Below, piece by piece: positions 41,442 to 53,106 of a stretch of 64,000 nt of DNA (positions are counted from its first letter, which is position 1; each line of letters opens with the position of its first letter). The notes under the pieces were generated by a model. That model saw only the letters and a program-made list of their open reading frames with translations. It did no database searches and was not told where the DNA came from. Source of the stretch: a candidate division FCPU426 bacterium (GTDB lineage Bacteria > Oederibacteriota > Muellerivitia > Muellerivitales > DAHXKG01); contig DAHXKG010000003.1 of assembly GCA_027366525.1 (NCBI GenBank), positions 5,453-69,452 of the forward strand, in the 5' to 3' direction. The position numbers were made by a program, and so were the translations under genes.

Positions 41442-42611
41442 TCATTTATGTTTTTTCTTAATACTGCCCTTTTTTTTATGAATCTTCACGACTCGTTTTC
41501 TTTTGACTGTTTTCTTTATTTTTGAACTACGTGTTTTGATTTTAGCTGATTTATGCTTCTTACTCGCTCGAAGTTTAAACCCTGACATGAATACCGCATG
41601 GATTGCTGCGGTCGAATCGATGGTCTGAATGGGCCGTCCAAAATTATTATTATAAAGCTTTTCTGCTTTTCGAACCCATGAGTCCTTTAATGGAGGAAGC
41701 TCGCCTGCTTTACAATTATCAATGGCTTGTCTTAAATTTCTAATCCCAGGGATGGTGGTTGAAACCTCAGGATATGCCAAAGTCCATTGAATGGCCGTCT
41801 CCGCCATGGATTTTGAAGATGCAGCTAAAAATTGAAGCTTTTTCACTTTTAATAACGTTTCTTGAAGTGATGAACCCCGATAAAGATTTTTTCGATGATC
41901 ATCGCCCAAAAAAATCGTTTGAGCATTAAATCGACCGGATAAAGCTCCAAAAGCTAACGGAACTCGCGCAATCATGCCGATTTTATATTTTTTTAAGATT
42001 GGAAATAACTTGGAAATGGGCTCTTGGTATAAGAGATTAAAAAACACCTGAAGTACATCCACCTGTCTCCATTGAATCAACTCATTTGCCGCATTTGGTT
42101 CTTTATCCTTAAGTGAAATTCCAAAAGCTCGAATTTTTCCTGCTTGTTTCAATTCAGCAATTGTTTTCAAAACACTCGAGCACTGATCATTCCATTCTCT
42201 ATTCCATGTATGCAATTGCAACACATCAATACATTCTGTCTTTAAATTTCTCAAGGACGTTTCCACTTGGTCCTGAATGGATTCAGCTGAAAAGACATCT
42301 TCCAATGGGGTTCCAACGGAATTATTCCAATTTAAATTTTTAGGACGAACCTTAGTCGCTATGATAGCCCGCTCCCCTCTTTCCTGGAGAACGGAAGCAA
42401 TCAGTCGTTCACTATGACCATTGCCATATGCCAAAGCTGTATCAATAAAATTGCATCCCATATTGAGTGCCTGGTGTAAAGCTTGCCGAGAATAAAAATC
42501 ATCCTGTGGACCCCACATGGATCCTCCAATGGCCCATGCTCCAAATCCAATTTCGCTTACATAAAGCCCCGTTGTTCCTAGCCATCGATATCGCATTGCC
42601 CGCTCCTTCAT
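41442..42611 (-). CDS. Aldo/keto reductase with a Lys-rich C-terminal tail
   Basis: VSEIGFGAW, DTALAYG.GHSE, IDVLQLH, IPG. Confidence 0.9.
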   Translation of the reverse strand: MKERAMRYRWLGTTGLYVSEIGFGAWAIGGSMWGPQDDFYSRQALHQALNMGCNFIDTALAYGNGHSERLIASVLQERGERAIIATKVRPKNLNWNNSVGTPLEDVFSAESIQDQVETSLRNLKTECIDVLQLHTWNREWNDQCSSVLKTIAELKQAGKIRAFGISLKDKEPNAANELIQWRQVDVLQVFFNLLYQEPISKLFPILKKYKIGMIARVPLAFGALSGRFNAQTIFLGDDHRKNLYRGSSLQETLLKVKKLQFLAASSKSMAETAIQWTLAYPEVSTTIPGIRNLRQAIDNCKAGELPPLKDSWVRKAEKLYNNNFGRPIQTIDSTAAIHAVFMSGFKLRASKKHKSAKIKTRSSKIKKTVKRKRVVKIHKKKGSIKKKHK

Positions 42612-42629
42612 TTTCAGATTTTTTTGAAA

Positions 42630-43730
42630 TTATTTTAGATTTTTTTGGTGATCCTCTAAATATACTTCTCGATAAATAGAAAAAAAAGCAAGTCCCAAGG
42701 AAAGTATAATGGGTCCTAAAAAAATACCTAAAACGCCATAAACTTTTAACCCTCCAATGATAGTAAAAAAAATTAGAAAAAATGGAAGTTGACTATCATT
42801 TCCGATCATCCATGTTTTGACCAAATTATCCGACAGGTTTACTACAATAATCCCCCATAATGACAAAAGAATCGCTGCCCCAATATGTCCCTGATTCAAT
42901 ACCCAAAGAATGGTGGGAATCCAAATCATAAAAACACTTAAAAAGGGCACAAATGAACTAAAAAAAACACTGACACCTAATAAAACAGGCACCGGAGCCC
43001 CTACGATGGCAAAGCCGGCTCCTGCTAAAATTCCATGAATCAAATTCGTTACTACTAAAGCTCGAACTACTGTTACAACGGTTTGAGTAAATGTCTTTAC
43101 TACTTTTTCTCGATGGTCCGGTTCGATCGGTAAAAAATCTATAATCTTTCTAGAATATTTTTCACCATCTCTTAAAAAGAAAAATACAGCTACAATCACG
43201 AATAATCCATCCATTGCAAATAACGCAATATGTTTAAAAACAAAAGCCAATTTATTGAGTGCTAATTGCGATAGTTTTTGAATGGATGATGTAATTGTCT
43301 GATTAATCAATGATTCTGCATGCACTGGATCAAATCCAAATTTTTCCATTAAAATCAGGATACCCAAATGATTGACTTTCGATTGAAGCCAATCTTTTTT
43401 TTGATCCAAACTCATCCTTGAAAACGTGTGGTACAGATGTCCGATTTCTTGTCCTAATTGAGTCAGCATCCAAAATCCTGGTAAAACAATAATAATCATC
43501 ATTAAAATTGTTACCAAGGCAGCTGATATATTTGCTCGTCTTCCCAACCATTGATCGATCCGTTGATAAAACGGATAAAAAACAAGAGCTAAAATCAGAG
43601 CCCAAAAAAAAGAGACAAGAAATGGTCCAAAAAGAGTAATGAGTAAAACCAGTAGTCCAATAAGAATTACAAAAAAAGCTATTGCGAAAATATTTTTTTT
43701 GTTAATTACCGAAGTAGCCAAATGTGTCAT
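42630..43730 (-). CDS. AI-2E family transporter
   Basis: FFFLRDG, DNL.K, GG...YG..GIFLGP. Confidence 0.88.
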   Translation of the reverse strand: MTHLATSVINKKNIFAIAFFVILIGLLVLLITLFGPFLVSFFWALILALVFYPFYQRIDQWLGRRANISAALVTILMMIIIVLPGFWMLTQLGQEIGHLYHTFSRMSLDQKKDWLQSKVNHLGILILMEKFGFDPVHAESLINQTITSSIQKLSQLALNKLAFVFKHIALFAMDGLFVIVAVFFFLRDGEKYSRKIIDFLPIEPDHREKVVKTFTQTVVTVVRALVVTNLIHGILAGAGFAIVGAPVPVLLGVSVFFSSFVPFLSVFMIWIPTILWVLNQGHIGAAILLSLWGIIVVNLSDNLVKTWMIGNDSQLPFFLIFFTIIGGLKVYGVLGIFLGPIILSLGLAFFSIYREVYLEDHQKNLK

Positions 43731-43934
43731 CCTTCACTATGATCTAAACTACTTTACATTTGCCTTTGGCTTTTTTACTATAGTTAAATCTCAATAAACA
43801 AGACTCTTTTATAAAAAACTTGCTTTATGTTATTATGTTTTCTACTCTAATTTAAGACAATTTATAGCGTTATGCTATTCAAAAATGCTAATGAATTCAT
43901 GAAAATCATGAAATAGATCAAGAGAGCCAAACCG

Positions 43935-44537
43935 GTGAAACGAAATTCAAGATTTCTGGACTGGATTCAAACTTTATGTCCCTTTTCGATGCGTACCGCT
44001 TTACGCCAAGCCATGGATATTTTTTTTATTTCCTCCCTGATTGCCCTTTTATTCAATTCATTTTTTACCTATGGAATTAACCTTAAAGTTCACCCAGTCA
44101 TTCCCATTTCGATTCAACAAATCTTAAAAAAATCCAAAGCCATTCATTATGCAGGCTGGAACGCCCCAGGCTCCCCAACTACTCCTCACATTAATAAAAT
44201 TATGTTTATTAACCTTCAAGGAGCCAAAAATCGATTTGATCAACACGTTACCTTTTTAGATGCCCGTTCTCCCATGGCCTATCGAGCCGGACATATTGAA
44301 GGCGCCCTGAACTTTTATTCAGAACACTTGAATCAATCTGCTCAAAAAATACTTCCACATCTTTTGAATAAAAAGAAAGAATTAGTCACCTACTGTGAAG
44401 GAGGATCTTGTGACTTAGCAATTCGACTCGCTCAATTTCTTCATGAGCAAGGTTATTCGGATGTGGATGTTTTTGTTGGCGGTTTCCCTCAATGGGCACA
44501 TGCGCATTACCCTATTCACCAAGGATCGCACCGATGA
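43935..44537 (+). CDS. Membrane-anchored rhodanese-domain protein
   Basis: LDAR...Y.AGHIEGA, YCEGGSC, GGFPQW. Confidence 0.85.
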   Translation: MKRNSRFLDWIQTLCPFSMRTALRQAMDIFFISSLIALLFNSFFTYGINLKVHPVIPISIQQILKKSKAIHYAGWNAPGSPTTPHINKIMFINLQGAKNRFDQHVTFLDARSPMAYRAGHIEGALNFYSEHLNQSAQKILPHLLNKKKELVTYCEGGSCDLAIRLAQFLHEQGYSDVDVFVGGFPQWAHAHYPIHQGSHR

Positions 44538-45001
44538 AAAAAAAATTACACCCCTCCCATCTATGGATTCCAACCCTACTACGAATTATTTGTGGGCTTA
44601 TCCTTGTTTATGCTAGTCTCGACAAGATTGGACATGCCGCAACGCTCATGCACATTATTGAAGCTTATCAAGTTCTTCCTGTGGCTCTCGTTCCACTAGC
44701 CGCCGTTATTATTCCATGGTTAGAGTTTTTTACTGGTCTTTTACTCTGCTTGGGCGTTTATTGGCGAGGTGCCCTCTTAATCTTCTGCACGTTAATGATC
44801 GTTTATATCTTTGCGCTTGCTTCGGATTTGATTCGAGGCATTGAATTAAATTGTGGATGTTTTTCAATTCGATCAACCGACATGATTAGCTGGTGGACCG
44901 TCCTTCGTGATCTTGGTTTTTTGGGTTTGGGATTATTCACGCTGAAAAGTCCTAAGACCTATTTGTCATTCGATCCCTCTGATTCTTCCTCCAAATCGTA
45001 G
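44534..45001 (+). CDS. MauE/DoxX-family redox membrane protein
   Basis: PWLE, I.LNCGCF motif. Confidence 0.85.
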   Translation: MKKKLHPSHLWIPTLLRIICGLILVYASLDKIGHAATLMHIIEAYQVLPVALVPLAAVIIPWLEFFTGLLLCLGVYWRGALLIFCTLMIVYIFALASDLIRGIELNCGCFSIRSTDMISWWTVLRDLGFLGLGLFTLKSPKTYLSFDPSDSSSKS

Positions 45002-45002
45002 C

Positions 45003-46538
45003 ATGGATTTCTCAAAATCCATTTCTAAATATTTCTGGTTTTTTTCATTACTTATTCTTGCGATGGCCTTTCAGGGATCTCGAGGCATATGGGAGTCCGG
45101 TGAAGGTTATTATGCCGGTGCCGCATGCTCGATGTTTCAAAATCACCAATGGATGCTTCCCTCCATTTATGGAAGCCCTTTCCTTGACAAACCCCCCCTC
45201 TTATATTGGGGCATGATCTTGTGCATGAAATGCTTAGGTCCCCACACCTGGGGAGCAAGACTTTTTATCGCCTTATGCTTTCTTGGAACAACGTTGATGA
45301 TTAAAAAAATTGGAGATGACTTTTGGAGTCCTGTAGAAGGACAATGGGCTGCAATCATTTACGCCACAATGTTACTCCCTTTTGCTGCGGCCAATATTAT
45401 TACGCCTGATACTCCGTTAACTTTTCTTAGTACAACTATGTTTTTCTTTTTTTTAAAAGCAGTACGCGCCCCTGTTCAGAACTTCAATCCATGGAAAATT
45501 TTATTTTTTGTTTTTATAGGATTGGGTTTTTTAACTAAAGGGCCTGCCATTTTAGTCTTGATCCCTTCTTTGATGATTTATTTAATTTATCAAAAAAAAT
45601 TAAAACAATTCTTATTACATTGGGATATCGGTTTAGGAATTTTGATTTCCATGATTCTGGGACTGAGTTGGTACGTCTGGATCGCCGTTCATATTCCCGG
45701 ATCGCTGAAATATTTTTTAAATAATGAAGTCGTTGGCCGATTGTTCACCGCCCAATATCACCGTAATAATGGGTTTTGGGGAACTTTCATTTATATTCCG
45801 GTTTTAGTCCTCGGAACTCTTCCCTGGAGTATATCTTGGATCCCTCAGATTTCTAAATCATATCACCAGCTTCAAAAAAATTGGAACTATCGATTTCAAC
45901 AGCATACGGCCTTTTTATTCATTTTATGTTGGATTTTACCCTCGTTTTTAATTTTTTCGCTTGCTCAATCCCGGCTGCCACTTTATGTACTCCCGCTTTT
46001 CCCGCCTTGTGCATTGGCTACGGCACGCATGTTAAAAGTGTCTGACTCGACTTTCGGCTTAAAATACACTCTAGTTAAAAAACATCTAAACTCATTACTT
46101 CTTGGATTATTGATCATTGGTTTATTGATTTTAAGATGGAGTTTGGCTTGGATTCCAACTTCTCAAAATACGCAAACGCTTTGTCATACATTGCAGAAGA
46201 TTATTCCAGCTTCCGAACCCATTGTTCTAATCAATCAAAATATCTTTGGAATGCAAATGTATCTACCTAATTCCATTCTTTGTACTAAATTGGGAACGAA
46301 TTATCCTTTATTTCATCTCCAAAAGAATCTGACGACTATCTTGCCACATATGGATTTGAAAAATACCTCGGTTGCTTTCTTGATTTCAAGTCAGCAAAAA
46401 AAGCAAGTCGAGCATCTTCTATTACAGTTTGGAATTCTGGAAAAAACTATTCGTTTGCCTTTTCAAAGAATGATTCTTTTTTATGATTTGAAATCACAGG
46501 CTCATTTATACAAAAATAGAGTTAAATCCACCGGATGA
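45003..46538 (+). CDS. ArnT-like GT-C glycosyltransferase
   Basis: DKPPLLYW, ARL, FLTKGP, LPW, YVLPL. Confidence 0.85.
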   Translation: MDFSKSISKYFWFFSLLILAMAFQGSRGIWESGEGYYAGAACSMFQNHQWMLPSIYGSPFLDKPPLLYWGMILCMKCLGPHTWGARLFIALCFLGTTLMIKKIGDDFWSPVEGQWAAIIYATMLLPFAAANIITPDTPLTFLSTTMFFFFLKAVRAPVQNFNPWKILFFVFIGLGFLTKGPAILVLIPSLMIYLIYQKKLKQFLLHWDIGLGILISMILGLSWYVWIAVHIPGSLKYFLNNEVVGRLFTAQYHRNNGFWGTFIYIPVLVLGTLPWSISWIPQISKSYHQLQKNWNYRFQQHTAFLFILCWILPSFLIFSLAQSRLPLYVLPLFPPCALATARMLKVSDSTFGLKYTLVKKHLNSLLLGLLIIGLLILRWSLAWIPTSQNTQTLCHTLQKIIPASEPIVLINQNIFGMQMYLPNSILCTKLGTNYPLFHLQKNLTTILPHMDLKNTSVAFLISSQQKKQVEHLLLQFGILEKTIRLPFQRMILFYDLKSQAHLYKNRVKSTG

Positions 46539-47161
46539 TAGTGGTCAAAAATTTTTACTTGCCGCACTGGCAGCTGCCTCGCAAACCTAACAATTTCCGC
46601 CGCATTCACTGAAAATCGATTGGATTCCTGAAAAACTAATTCTCGATTGAGAATATTAAATGCAACGGCCTTTTTCGTTTGTTTCAATGCAACCGTAAGT
46701 ATGCTTTTCATATACTTCCAGTTATCCTGAATTTGAATATTGAAAAGACCCGATAAAAATGAAAAATCAAAACGCCCCGCGGGATAGGGTTTCATCAAGA
46801 GATGCCGCACCTCAAAATAACCTTGTGGATTCATTTGTTGAGCAGTTTGGAGTATTTCTGGAAATAAATCAATGCCGATATATTGAGCTGAAATTTTTTT
46901 GCGATATAAAAACTGACAGAAAGCGCCAAGTCCACAACCGATGTCTAAAAGTTTCTGATGATTTAATTCTCCAATTTTTAAAAATATTTCAAATCGCTCT
47001 TTTTGACCTTTTTTTGAATTCCAACCCACTTTCTGCTCCAAATTTTTTTGAGTTTTGAATTGAGTCATATAATACGCTCGAAATTGAATTAAATCTGTTC
47101 GAGAAAATCCCGGAAAATATTTTTGACGAAACATGGAATTCAAATGATCCGATCGTGTCAT
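46502..47161 (-). CDS. Class I SAM-dependent methyltransferase
   Basis: VGW.S...Q..RF, LLDIGCGLG; start approximate. Confidence 0.8.
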   Translation of the reverse strand: MTRSDHLNSMFRQKYFPGFSRTDLIQFRAYYMTQFKTQKNLEQKVGWNSKKGQKERFEIFLKIGELNHQKLLDIGCGLGAFCQFLYRKKISAQYIGIDLFPEILQTAQQMNPQGYFEVRHLLMKPYPAGRFDFSFLSGLFNIQIQDNWKYMKSILTVALKQTKKAVAFNILNRELVFQESNRFSVNAAEIVRFARQLPVRQVKIFDHYHPVDLTLFLYK

Positions 47162-47168
47162 TAATTGA

Positions 47169-48008
47169 TTACGCTCGAAAAAAACGAACCGTTTTCTGTG
47201 TTGCTTGTTGAAGAACATTTGACGCTGTTTTAAAGGGATGGGAGCTATTAAATTTGTGATCGGCCTCAGGAATCAAAAACGTTTCCATGTTTTTTGAAAA
47301 TTGCGCTAGCTCCTGCGTTTCTTGAAAGGGAACGGTGTAATCGGCTTGCCCATGGACAGCAAGGATGGGAATCGATAATTTTTCTATGCAACCTTTTATA
47401 TCGCCTTGCAATTCCCAATATTCCAGATCTTCCAAACAGGATTTCAAATATTGCAAGGTTTGGCCCGTACGTGAACTTTCAAATTTTAAAAAGCCCTGGT
47501 GTTTCCAACTCTGTTTGACTTCATTGGAATATCGATTGACATGCGCAATGGTAGCCCAAGTGCAAATTTTTTTAACTTCAGGAGTTAATGCAGCCACAAT
47601 GAAGCTAAGTGCTCCGCCACGCGAATGCCCCCATAAATAAATGTTTTTTCTTGAATCCAATTCTTTTATCACTTGTCCTTCTTGAATTTTCTGAATTAAT
47701 ATTTGGCATTCCTGCATTTGCTGAGATAACGTATCCTTTTCAAAAGAACCTAAATCGGAAAATATGCCATCATTTGACGTCATTCCCGTACCTGAAAAAT
47801 TAAAACGAATCGTTGGAAATCCTGCCTCCGCCAAAACTTGGGCTAACCATGGAAAAAAACTCCAGTCTTTATAGCCTAAAAATCCATGAATCATCAAAAT
47901 ACAAGCCGAAGATTCATGATCTATGGGATTTGGAGTATGCAATGTTCCTCGAATCATTCTCGAGGAGGAAATTTCTGTTTGAAATTCAATTGTTTTTCCT
48001 TGATCCAT
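47169..48008 (-). CDS. Alpha/beta hydrolase
   Basis: HGF.GYKDW, GHSRGG nucleophile elbow, HG..D..V, ADH. Confidence 0.88.
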   Translation of the reverse strand: MDQGKTIEFQTEISSSRMIRGTLHTPNPIDHESSACILMIHGFLGYKDWSFFPWLAQVLAEAGFPTIRFNFSGTGMTSNDGIFSDLGSFEKDTLSQQMQECQILIQKIQEGQVIKELDSRKNIYLWGHSRGGALSFIVAALTPEVKKICTWATIAHVNRYSNEVKQSWKHQGFLKFESSRTGQTLQYLKSCLEDLEYWELQGDIKGCIEKLSIPILAVHGQADYTVPFQETQELAQFSKNMETFLIPEADHKFNSSHPFKTASNVLQQATQKTVRFFRA

Positions 48009-48013
48009 AAAAA

Positions 48014-50074
48014 CTAGTCTCCTATCTCTTTGAATACTTCATTCAAATCGGTCATTGGTTTTTGACAATGATAATTTTGGCAAATGTACACTGTATCTTT
48101 CCCTACCATTTGATGTTTGCCTTCCATCCATGGAATATCGTTTGTGATTGTTTGTATCACTTCTGGCGTTCCCGAAAAAATCATTTGATAGGGCATAAAT
48201 TTTTTCCAAAGTGCTTGAAGTATTGCACTCGGAACCATTGATGCAACCACCACCACCTCACTCGGCGGTGAACTGATCCACTGATAAGCTTGAAGCATTT
48301 GAGTAAAATGTTCTCCTTGAGTTGCAAGACTATCCTGAAAATATTCCAAGATATGATCGGCCTGTTTTCTGAAATCATCTTGAGCGCACCAAACTGACAG
48401 TCGATACAAATTCAAAGCGGCTATGGAGTTTCCTGAAGGAATAGCTTGATCCCAGCCCTCTTTCCATCGAATTAAAAGATGGGGATCCTCTTGATCGATA
48501 CCCGTAAAATAAAAAGCGCCTGTTGAGGCATCTCCAAACAGATGATCCATTTCATGCTTCAAAAAAACAGCTTCCTTTAAATACTGAATTTCAAAAGTGC
48601 TTTCAAACAGATCCAACTGACTTTTTTGAAAAAAAGCATAATCATCAATGAAGGCCTTGGTTTTTACAGAACCTTGACAATAGGAAGCATATAATCGGTT
48701 ATCTTTTTTTAAGTAATTCAAAATAAAATCAGATGCGCTTCGAGCCGCTTCTAAGTATTTCCGATCTCCCAATACCCGATAGCCGATTGCCAATGCGGAA
48801 ATAGCTAAACTATTCCAAGCCGTTAGAATTTTATAATCCAATCGAGGGCGTATGCGTTTTGCCCGGGCCCGAATTAAATCTGTTCTACATTGTTCAAACC
48901 ATTTCCAATCCTTATTAATCTTTTGGAGTTGTTGAAATAAGGGTGATTTTAGAAAAAGAACGTTTTTGCCATCAAAATTACCGGAGGGAGTTACATTAAA
49001 TAATTCAATCCATTTTTGGGCATCCTCTGGATTTAATTCATTATAAAAATCATCCAAATTCCAAGTATAAAATTTTCCTTCAACACCCTCACTATCGGCA
49101 TCTTCGGCGCTGAAAAACCCTCCTAAAGTAGGATCACGAAGCTTATTAAGCAAATAGTCTAAAATTTCCGAAGCCACTCGTCGATATTCTGAATTTTGAG
49201 TTAGTTGAAATCCTTCCAAATATACTTGTGCCAGCAATGCATTATCATACAACATTTTCTCAAAATGAGGGATTTGCCAATATCGATCCGTCGAATAGCG
49301 GGAAAATCCACCTTCTAAATGATCGTAAATACCTCCTTCAGCCATTTGATTTAGTGTTTGATTCAACCACGTTAAAATCCAAGCATCTTTGTTTTTTTGA
49401 TAAAAACGCAACAAAAACGAAATACGTGTCGGTTGAGGAAACTTGATGGAATATCCAAATCCTCCATAAATAAAATCAGCTTCTTTTTTAAGTGTTTCCA
49501 CCACCTGGGTTTCCCAGGCAACATCTATTTTTCCAGAAGAAATTTGAGGTTTACTTAAGCTTTCACGAACCTGATTAAAAATCGTCATTCCACTTTGAAT
49601 TAATTCATTTCGATGATTCATCCATGATTTATGAATCCCTAACAAAAGTTCCTTAAATCCAGTTCGACCATATCGAGTTTCCGGAGGAAAGTATGTACCA
49701 CCCCAAAATGGCGTTAAGTCTGGCGTCAACCATAAGCTGATGGGCCACCCACCCTGACCCGTGAGAAGCATCACCGCATTCATATAAATTTGATCTAAAT
49801 CAGGTCGTTCTTCTCGGTCGATTTTGATAGCGATATAAAATTCGTTCAAAATCCGTGCGATCGTTTCATTTTCAAAAGATTCTTTTTCCATCACGTGGCA
49901 CCAGTGACACGTTGAATACCCAATCGAAAGGAAAATGACTTTGAATTCGCTCTGGGCCTTTGCTAAGGCTTCATGACCCCATGGATACCAATTTACAGGA
50001 TTATGGGCATGTTGAAGCAGATAAGGATTTTTCTCATAGATCAATTGATTGGTAAACGAGGACTCTGAAGCCAT
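48014..50074 (-). CDS. Thioredoxin-domain YyaL/SSP411-family protein
   Basis: [35 protein letters not shown]. Confidence 0.93.
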   Translation of the reverse strand: MASESSFTNQLIYEKNPYLLQHAHNPVNWYPWGHEALAKAQSEFKVIFLSIGYSTCHWCHVMEKESFENETIARILNEFYIAIKIDREERPDLDQIYMNAVMLLTGQGGWPISLWLTPDLTPFWGGTYFPPETRYGRTGFKELLLGIHKSWMNHRNELIQSGMTIFNQVRESLSKPQISSGKIDVAWETQVVETLKKEADFIYGGFGYSIKFPQPTRISFLLRFYQKNKDAWILTWLNQTLNQMAEGGIYDHLEGGFSRYSTDRYWQIPHFEKMLYDNALLAQVYLEGFQLTQNSEYRRVASEILDYLLNKLRDPTLGGFFSAEDADSEGVEGKFYTWNLDDFYNELNPEDAQKWIELFNVTPSGNFDGKNVLFLKSPLFQQLQKINKDWKWFEQCRTDLIRARAKRIRPRLDYKILTAWNSLAISALAIGYRVLGDRKYLEAARSASDFILNYLKKDNRLYASYCQGSVKTKAFIDDYAFFQKSQLDLFESTFEIQYLKEAVFLKHEMDHLFGDASTGAFYFTGIDQEDPHLLIRWKEGWDQAIPSGNSIAALNLYRLSVWCAQDDFRKQADHILEYFQDSLATQGEHFTQMLQAYQWISSPPSEVVVVASMVPSAILQALWKKFMPYQMIFSGTPEVIQTITNDIPWMEGKHQMVGKDTVYICQNYHCQKPMTDLNEVFKEIGD

Positions 50075-50390
50075 ATTATTTTAAATTTATGTCTTTCCTT
50101 GATTCAATTTGTTCATTGTATCATACCCTGAGTTTTGTCTTTTTCAAAACATCCCTACTGTATTTAAAAATTTTTATCCCTTTCAAAATCCATTTATTCT
50201 TAAAGTTTAATTAAATTATTAAACCTCATATGCATTTTTATTGGATTTTTTTAATTTTAGCAATCAAACTTTGAGAGCCTTTGTCTCACTCATCCCCTGA
50301 TTCACGTATTAGAGATATGCGGATGGAGTTAGAAATCAATCTCGCTCAAATCGATTATGATGATGAAAAAAACGCAGGTTCTCTTTATCC

Positions 50391-52526
50391 CTAATGCGTT
50401 TCCATGGGGGTTTGTTCGATCAACTTTATTTGTTTTTTATTATAAAAATTAATACCTAAGATTCCCAAAAAAACTATCCATCCTATCGCTGAAATTAATA
50501 AACCTATATAAACCCACTTGGGTTGGTATTTCATGGTAACAAGATGATGGCCTGCTGGAACAACCACTGCCCGAAAGGCTCCATCGGCTCTAAAAATTTT
50601 GGTGGATTTTCCATCAATTGAAGCCTTCCAACCCGGGAAATAGGGATCCGATAAAAATAAAAGACCCGCTCGTGGCGCCCAATACCGAATGGATACCTCA
50701 TTATCCCGATAATTAACAATTCGAGCTTTTCCATCGATTGCCGGATTTGAATCGCCTAAAAATTTCGGGTGATGCGTTAACAAGATGATCTTACGTGCTT
50801 GAAACCTTGGACTTAATAGCGCATTTTTAGTTGCAAGAATTCCTCCTTTGACTATTTGGTAACCACTCGCTATAAACGTGCGTGGATCGGTTTTTTGATT
50901 AACCCAAAAATTTGGTCCTTCTTTTTTCTTAAATCCAAAATCATTTGGATAAGCTGAATACTTCAGATTAATTAAATCAAGTAGTGGATCATTCCCAAGT
51001 TTGGTTGGACCTTCAATAAAGATACCCATTTCACTTAAAAAGCATGTATCGGGACTTGAGCGTTGCGAAAGATGATAATACATATTGGCGCAAACACGAT
51101 TGGCAGGATCCACTCTTGGAAAAGTTGGATCATGAAGTACTTTTTGAAACATGGGCTGAGGGAAAAGCGGATCTGTTACATAGAATAGGTGATGTGTTGT
51201 ATTTAACAAAGTTGCCTTGAAAAATGGTCGCCCGAAGTGAACTAAATCTAAAACGGTTCCAATTAATAAAATTCTCGCTATCCACTTCTTCCATATTAAA
51301 AATGATTGTGGTTTTTGATCTGATGAATATTGAAATATATAATTGAACACTAGTCCCGCACCAAGCACCATTGAAAAATCAGTGATAATCATCATCCGAC
51401 CCAACACTCTATTTTTTGAAAATCCAGGAAACCAATGGTAGAAAATTTGGAAAATCAGGCTTGATAACGGCGTTGAACTCCCCATCGATAATAATAGTGC
51501 CAGAATGGCCATCCCCCATAACCATAATAACTGAGGAATTTTTTTGAATAAAAAAATTCCAATTAAAAATAGGATCAACGGAATAATCCCAATATAATTC
51601 ACCAATGACTGATATCCCCAGCGTCCATGCCACGTATTGGTACAAACACTTCCTAAAAAATTGGGTTCTATAAAATGCCATAAATTTATTGGTGCCAAAT
51701 AATCGGTCATACAGGACCAATAACTCATATGCCATCGGTTGGTATGAATCACGAATTGATACGAAGGTAAAATTTGGCAAGCCGCTAAAACAAAGAAAAA
51801 AATGACAAATAACAATCCATTTTGTATGGCTTGCTTCAGAGTAATTTTTCTTGAAATCCAAAAGCAAAAAATCCACCACGCACATGCCATCAATAGATAC
51901 AACGCAATTTGGGGGTATCCCTGAAAAAGAGTCCATGCACAACTTGCTGCTGCCAATCCAAATAATGTTTTGTTTTTTTGATTTAATCCCTTATCCCAGA
52001 AGTAGAGAGTCCAAGGAATCCAGGGTAATGCACATACTAACGCATACTCACCCGTCACCATCTGTGCGAGTGGATAGGCTCCAAATGCATAAGCAATCCC
52101 CCCTAAAATTCCACATTCCCACATACAGCCTTTTTCAATCAAGAACACATAAACCCCTAGAGCCGCTAATCCTAAGCTGAAAAAATAAGTTAATGTTGTG
52201 GCATAAGCTGGATTAAATATAAAATAAAATAAATTAAAAATCGAATAGGCTCCGATGGATGGACACGCTAAGAAAGGTTCTCCCATACTCGCATATGGAT
52301 TCCACAATGCTGGTGTTCGGTTCTTTAAGCTGTTAATCCAATAAACCTTATAGGGAAGAAAAATCGTCATATCATTCCCCCCAATCAAGGCTTGAAAATG
52401 AAACAAAGGGAAATGAAACATCATTATGTCATAAATTAATAAAAGGAAAACACCCCACCATATTTTGTAGTTAGAATTCCATTTTGTTGTGGAATCAGTA
52501 GAGGTCATAATGCGCTTCAAGTTCAT
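50391..52526 (-). CDS. YfhO-family membrane glycosyltransferase-like protein
   Basis: LWNPY...GEP, multi-TM, YFPGWKA.IDG, FRAV.VPAG.H. Confidence 0.82.
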   Translation of the reverse strand: MNLKRIMTSTDSTTKWNSNYKIWWGVFLLLIYDIMMFHFPLFHFQALIGGNDMTIFLPYKVYWINSLKNRTPALWNPYASMGEPFLACPSIGAYSIFNLFYFIFNPAYATTLTYFFSLGLAALGVYVFLIEKGCMWECGILGGIAYAFGAYPLAQMVTGEYALVCALPWIPWTLYFWDKGLNQKNKTLFGLAAASCAWTLFQGYPQIALYLLMACAWWIFCFWISRKITLKQAIQNGLLFVIFFFVLAACQILPSYQFVIHTNRWHMSYWSCMTDYLAPINLWHFIEPNFLGSVCTNTWHGRWGYQSLVNYIGIIPLILFLIGIFLFKKIPQLLWLWGMAILALLLSMGSSTPLSSLIFQIFYHWFPGFSKNRVLGRMMIITDFSMVLGAGLVFNYIFQYSSDQKPQSFLIWKKWIARILLIGTVLDLVHFGRPFFKATLLNTTHHLFYVTDPLFPQPMFQKVLHDPTFPRVDPANRVCANMYYHLSQRSSPDTCFLSEMGIFIEGPTKLGNDPLLDLINLKYSAYPNDFGFKKKEGPNFWVNQKTDPRTFIASGYQIVKGGILATKNALLSPRFQARKIILLTHHPKFLGDSNPAIDGKARIVNYRDNEVSIRYWAPRAGLLFLSDPYFPGWKASIDGKSTKIFRADGAFRAVVVPAGHHLVTMKYQPKWVYIGLLISAIGWIVFLGILGINFYNKKQIKLIEQTPMETH

Positions 52527-52617
52527 TTTTCAAAATAAGTACCTGCCTTCTAAAATATCTCAACTTGAATACTCCTATTAGTTTTATATTTATCCATTCT
52601 TATTCAAGGTCATCAAA

Positions 52618-53085
52618 CTATTGAATTTTATTTTGATTTTGTTGTCGTAATGCTTCATAGATTACAATACCCACCGATGTTGACAAATTCAAGCTACGAA
52701 TTGCATCCGAATACTGCGGAATTTTAAATAATTGATCTTGATACCGTTCGTAAAAATATTTTGGAAATCCCGCTGTCTCTTTACCAAAAATAAAATACGA
52801 ATGGTCTTGAACTTTCATATCCCATAAACTTCTTTGCCCTCGTGTTGAAAGAAAATATAACTGCGAGAGATCCTGCAATGTCTTTAAAAAATCCTCCCAA
52901 GTGACATGGTGAACCCAATCCACTTTTCCCCAGTAATCCAAGCCTGCTCTCTTCAATTCCGGTGAATCCAAATGAAACCCAAGTCGCCCCACGAGATGAA
53001 GACGAACACCGGCGGCTAAGCATGTTCGGCCAATATTGCCTGTATTCCAAGGAATTTCCGGTTCAATCAAAACGACGTGCATCAT
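52618..53085 (-). CDS. trmL: tRNA (cytidine(34)-2'-O)-methyltransferase
   Basis: PEIPWNTGNIGR, RAGLDYW, FGKET, RSLNLS. Confidence 0.94.
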   Translation of the reverse strand: MMHVVLIEPEIPWNTGNIGRTCLAAGVRLHLVGRLGFHLDSPELKRAGLDYWGKVDWVHHVTWEDFLKTLQDLSQLYFLSTRGQRSLWDMKVQDHSYFIFGKETAGFPKYFYERYQDQLFKIPQYSDAIRSLNLSTSVGIVIYEALRQQNQNKIQ

Positions 53086-53106
53086 ATCATCATGAAACGC
53101 TTCAAA

